Shown piece after piece: positions 60,692 to 64,000 of a stretch of DNA of 64,000 nucleotides. Location: NCBI GenBank assembly GCA_963806855.1, contig CAWDYW010000002.1, positions 145,294 through 209,293 on the forward strand. Direction: 5' to 3'. The translations under genes and the position numbers were made by a program. This DNA comes from an uncultured Verrucomicrobiae bacterium. GTDB lineage: Bacteria; Chlamydiota; Chlamydiia; Chlamydiales; Rhabdochlamydiaceae. Under the pieces are notes generated by a model, which had not been told where the DNA came from, made no database searches, and worked only from the letters and a program-made list of their open reading frames with translations. How positions within the stretch are numbered: position 1 is the first letter of the stretch; each line of letters begins with the position of its first letter.

Positions 60692-62442
60692 ATGCGAGTA
60701 AATAAAGCCGCAAATCCTTATCAAGTGCCCGGACACCAGGTGGAGGGAAGGCTTCCAAAACTAAATTAGAGGACTTAGTCGCTGGAATCCTTACACAACT
60801 GGGCAATCCTAATGCCAAGCCACTTAAAGGTAGGATGGTAGACCCAAAAAATTTCGCGAATGCTTGCGAGGCTATTTTAGAAAATAATTATGCAATCTCC
60901 TCAACAGTATTTCATGGACTCCTACGATCATTCAGAGGACCGGCACCATTGCTGAAACAATTTTTTGATAAAACACCTGAAATGAGTGCCTCTAAAGAAT
61001 CACTAAGGAATGAGTACTTTTACTCAGCATTTATCACACAAGGTATGAAGGAAGCTGCTCTTTTTTCTGTAGCGCGGATGGCATTTAAAGAGGCCAAGGA
61101 TCGAAACTTAAGCAATGTCGTGACCTATGCAAGCTATATCGATGCGGCGGGCAAAAATGGGGAATTTGAAGAGGCAAAGGCGGCGTTTCAAGATGCCAAA
61201 GATCGAAACTTAAGCAATGTCGTGACCTATAATAGCGCTATCAATGCGGGCAAAAATGGAGAATTTGAAGAGGCAAAGGCGACGTTTCAAGAGGCCAAAG
61301 ATCGAAAGCTGGCGAATGTCGTGACCTATAATAGCTATATTGATGCAGCCGGCAAAAATGGGGAATTTGAAGAGGCAAAGGCGGCGTTTCAAGAGGCCAA
61401 AGATCGAAACTTAAGCAATGTCGTGACTTATGCAAGCTATATCGATGCAGCGGGCAAAAATGGAGAATTTGAAGAGGCAAAGACGGCGTTTCAAGAGGCT
61501 AAAGATCGAAACTTAAGCAATGTCGTGACCTATAATAGCACTATCGATGCAGCAGGCAAAAATGGAGAATTTGAAGAGGCAAAGGCGGCGTTTCAAGAGG
61601 CTAAAGATCGAAAGCTAGCGGATGTCGTGACCTATAATAGCACTATCGATGCAGCGGGCAAAAATGGAGAATTTGAAGAGGCAAAGGCGGTGTTTCAAGA
61701 GGCTAAAGATCGAAACTTAAGCAATGTCGTGACTTATGCAAGCTATATCGATGCAGCGGGCAAAAATGGAGAATTTGAAGAGGCAAAGGCGGCGTTTCAA
61801 GAGGCTAAAGATCGAAACTTAAGCAATGTCGTGACCTATAATAGCTATGTCGATGCGGCTGGCAAAAATGGAGAATTTGCAGAGGCAAAGGCGGCGTTTC
61901 AAGAGGCTAAAGATCGAAACTTAAGCAATATCGTGACCTATAATAGCTATATCGAAGCAGCCGGCAAAAATGGAGCATTTGAAGAGGCAAAGGCGGCATT
62001 TAAAGAGGCCAAAGACCGAAATCTAGCGAATGCCGTGACCTATTTAATCTATATTGATTGTCTTTATCTTTCTAATGAACAGACTTCGGGAATGGAGCTG
62101 TTCTGCTCTATGCTGCTACCAAATTTACAAAAAAAAGAAAAAAAAGAGGTTTTTGATCTTCATGATTTGTCTTATGGAGCGGCGATTTTTTATTTAGATC
62201 ATATTTTTAAAAGAGCGGAACTTCCAGATAGAATTCGGATCATTACAGGTCGAGGTATCCATTCCACTAAAGATCACCTACAAATGATGCGCGATCGTTG
62301 TGAAGCTTGGACTAAGGAACGCCTAATAAATTGGAAAATCATTGAGAAAAATTTAGGCAACCTTGTTTTAGAGCGGCAGCAGAGAAAACCAATTCGGTGG
62401 AAGCCCCTGGCAGAAGCATTTGTTCAAAGTAAAATTTGTTAG
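60692..62442 (+). CDS. PPR-like repeat protein (9 repeats) with Smr domain; one-base deletion near 60743
   Basis: 5' region nearly identical to 58697 onward; gtgagaggg reads gtggaggg here. Confidence 0.85.
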
Positions 62443-62451
62443 TCAAACAAA

Positions 62452-62493
62452 TTTTTTTTTGCGTCTTTGCGCTTTTGCGTCTTTGCGTTGAAA
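62452..62493. repeat. Right half-arm of family 2 palindrome
   Basis: T-run then gcgtctttgcgcttttgcgtctttgcgttgaaa. Confidence 0.7.
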
Positions 62494-62523
62494 TTTACCT
62501 TCACTTCTGCTATCCTTTACCCC

Positions 62524-62961
62524 ATGGCGCTATCTCCTCAAAAATTTCGTGAAATTGTTTTCCAACTCCTCTATAGTCTTGGATTTGAAAAGAGCGAGAG
62601 GGGAGAGCTGTCTCTGGTGATGCGCCAAAATGAGATCCCCAAAACGGCTGCCCGCTTGGCATTTGAAAAAGCGGAAGCGATTTGGCAGATCCACGAAGAT
62701 CTCGACCGAGTGATCAGTGAGAGGTCCGATGGCTACGAATTGGAACGGATCCCGATGATCGAGCGGACTGTGCTCCGTCTGGGGATCTATGAGCTCCTAC
62801 ATACCGAGCTCCCTCCCAAGATAGTGATCGCTGAGGCGATCCGGATTACCCGCAAATACGCCACAGCCGAAGGGTCCTCCTTCATCAACGCTCTTTTAGA
62901 CCGAATTTACAAGGAAAAAGAGCATGCAGGATCAGTTTCAGAAGAACAAACCGCTCAGTGA
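62524..62961 (+). CDS. nusB: Transcription antitermination factor
   Basis: LRLGIYEL, IAEAIRITRKY and FINALLD motifs. Confidence 0.93.
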   Translation: MALSPQKFREIVFQLLYSLGFEKSERGELSLVMRQNEIPKTAARLAFEKAEAIWQIHEDLDRVISERSDGYELERIPMIERTVLRLGIYELLHTELPPKIVIAEAIRITRKYATAEGSSFINALLDRIYKEKEHAGSVSEEQTAQ

Positions 62962-63782
62962 GCTATCCACATTTGGAATCGGGGGACCGGCTCGCTATTT
63001 CATCGAAGTGAATTCGATCGATCTGCTTCAAAAAGTCATTGCCTACTGCTTTGAGAACAAACTCCCTTATCATATGGTCGGCAAAGGGTCTAATTCCCTC
63101 TTCGATGATCGTGGCTACGACGGGCTCATTATCCTCAATAAAATCGACTTCTTTGACATCGAAGGGACTGAGGTTTCGGTCGGGGCCGGCTTTAGCTTTT
63201 CGCTGCTCGGGGTTAAAACGGCACGCAAAGGGCTTCGAGGGTTGGAGTTTGCATCGGGCATTCCTGCAACAGTTGGCGGTGCGATCTACATGAATGCCGG
63301 TGCGAATGGTTCGGAGACTTGCGAGCATCTGACCGAGGTGACCTTTATCGATGATCAGGGGCGGCTCGAGATATTGCCCCGCAGTGCGATCAGCTTTTCC
63401 TATCGGCATAGCTCCTTTCAAGAGAAAAAGGGGGCGATTGCAGCGGCCAAGTTTTCGCTCATCCCAGATGAGGCGGCCAGAAAAAAACAGCTTGAGATCA
63501 TCGCCTATCGGACCAAGACGCAGCCCTATGGGAGGCAAGTCGTGCGGCTGTGTTTTTCGCAACCCGCAAGGACAGGGGGCCGGGGCGCTGATCGATCAGT
63601 GCGGCCTTAAGGGGAAGGCGATCGGGGAGGCAGAGGTGTCGACGCTCCATGCCAATTTTTTGATTAATCGGGCAAATGCCAGGGCCGAAGAGGTTCTTGA
63701 GCTGGCCCGACATGTCAAAGAGTGCGTAAAAGAGCAGACTGGAGTAGAATTGGAGATGGAATTAAGAATCATTCGTATAAAG
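62924..63782 (+). CDS. murB: UDP-N-acetylmuramate dehydrogenase; frameshift near 63535, 3' end uncertain
   Basis: TFGIGGPA, GKGSN, GIPATVGGAIYMNAG; SCGCVFRNP and HANF in the second frame. Confidence 0.92.
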
Positions 63783-64000
63783 ATGACCGATTTTCGTGCT
63801 GACCTGCACTGCCATACTACCTGCTCCGACGGGACGATGACTCCCGAAGAGCTGATCCACCACGCCAAGGCCCTCGGCCTCTCTGGACTTTCGATTACCG
63901 ACCACGACACCATCAATGCCTATGCGACTGCGATCCCTGCCGCCAAAGAGGCTGGCATCGTTCTCGGAACCGGCGTCGAGTTTTCGACAGTGGAAAGAGT
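63783..64000 (+). CDS. PHP-domain protein (TrpH/YciV-like), truncated by window end
   Basis: DLHCHTTCSDG, SITDHDT and GVEFS motifs. Confidence 0.88.
   Translation, partial: MTDFRADLHCHTTCSDGTMTPEELIHHAKALGLSGLSITDHDTINAYATAIPAAKEAGIVLGTGVEFSTVER

Noticed and set aside
57844..62033. 102-bp repeats as CRISPR, TALE or TPR
   Set aside because: They are in-frame coding repeats without spacers. They lack the TALE LTPxQVVAIAS consensus. Although 34 aa like TPR, the VVTY.S.I....K.G..EEA...F.E pattern fits PPR better; an HMM search is still needed

Overview
Chromosomal window from an environmental chlamydia (inferred from the pknD...valS, uvrA-pyk, dacA-ybbR-(glycosyltransferase)-htrB and nusB-murB linkages and a double-length UvrA). 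GC-rich housekeeping genes alternate with AT-rich accessory islets of orphan, effector-like genes. The strongest candidate for a new system is a tandem of three genes (57.4-62.4 kb) encoding PPR-like 34-aa repeat arrays (4, 11 and 9 near-identical units) followed by an Smr nuclease domain. The repeats vary at the two PPR RNA-recognition positions, which suggests a TALE-like, re-programmable RNA nuclease family. A second pattern is that accessory genes downstream of valS, pknD, uvrA and rsmE are followed by displaced copies of that housekeeping gene's 3' end, with mostly synonymous or conservative differences and no integrase in the window. Also present: two families of palindromic miniature elements (some fused into ORFs), a eukaryote-type TrpRS and an RND efflux operon. 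Many frameshifts, dense at 38.8-43.1 kb, are probably sequencing errors. All assignments are by eye; no searches were run.
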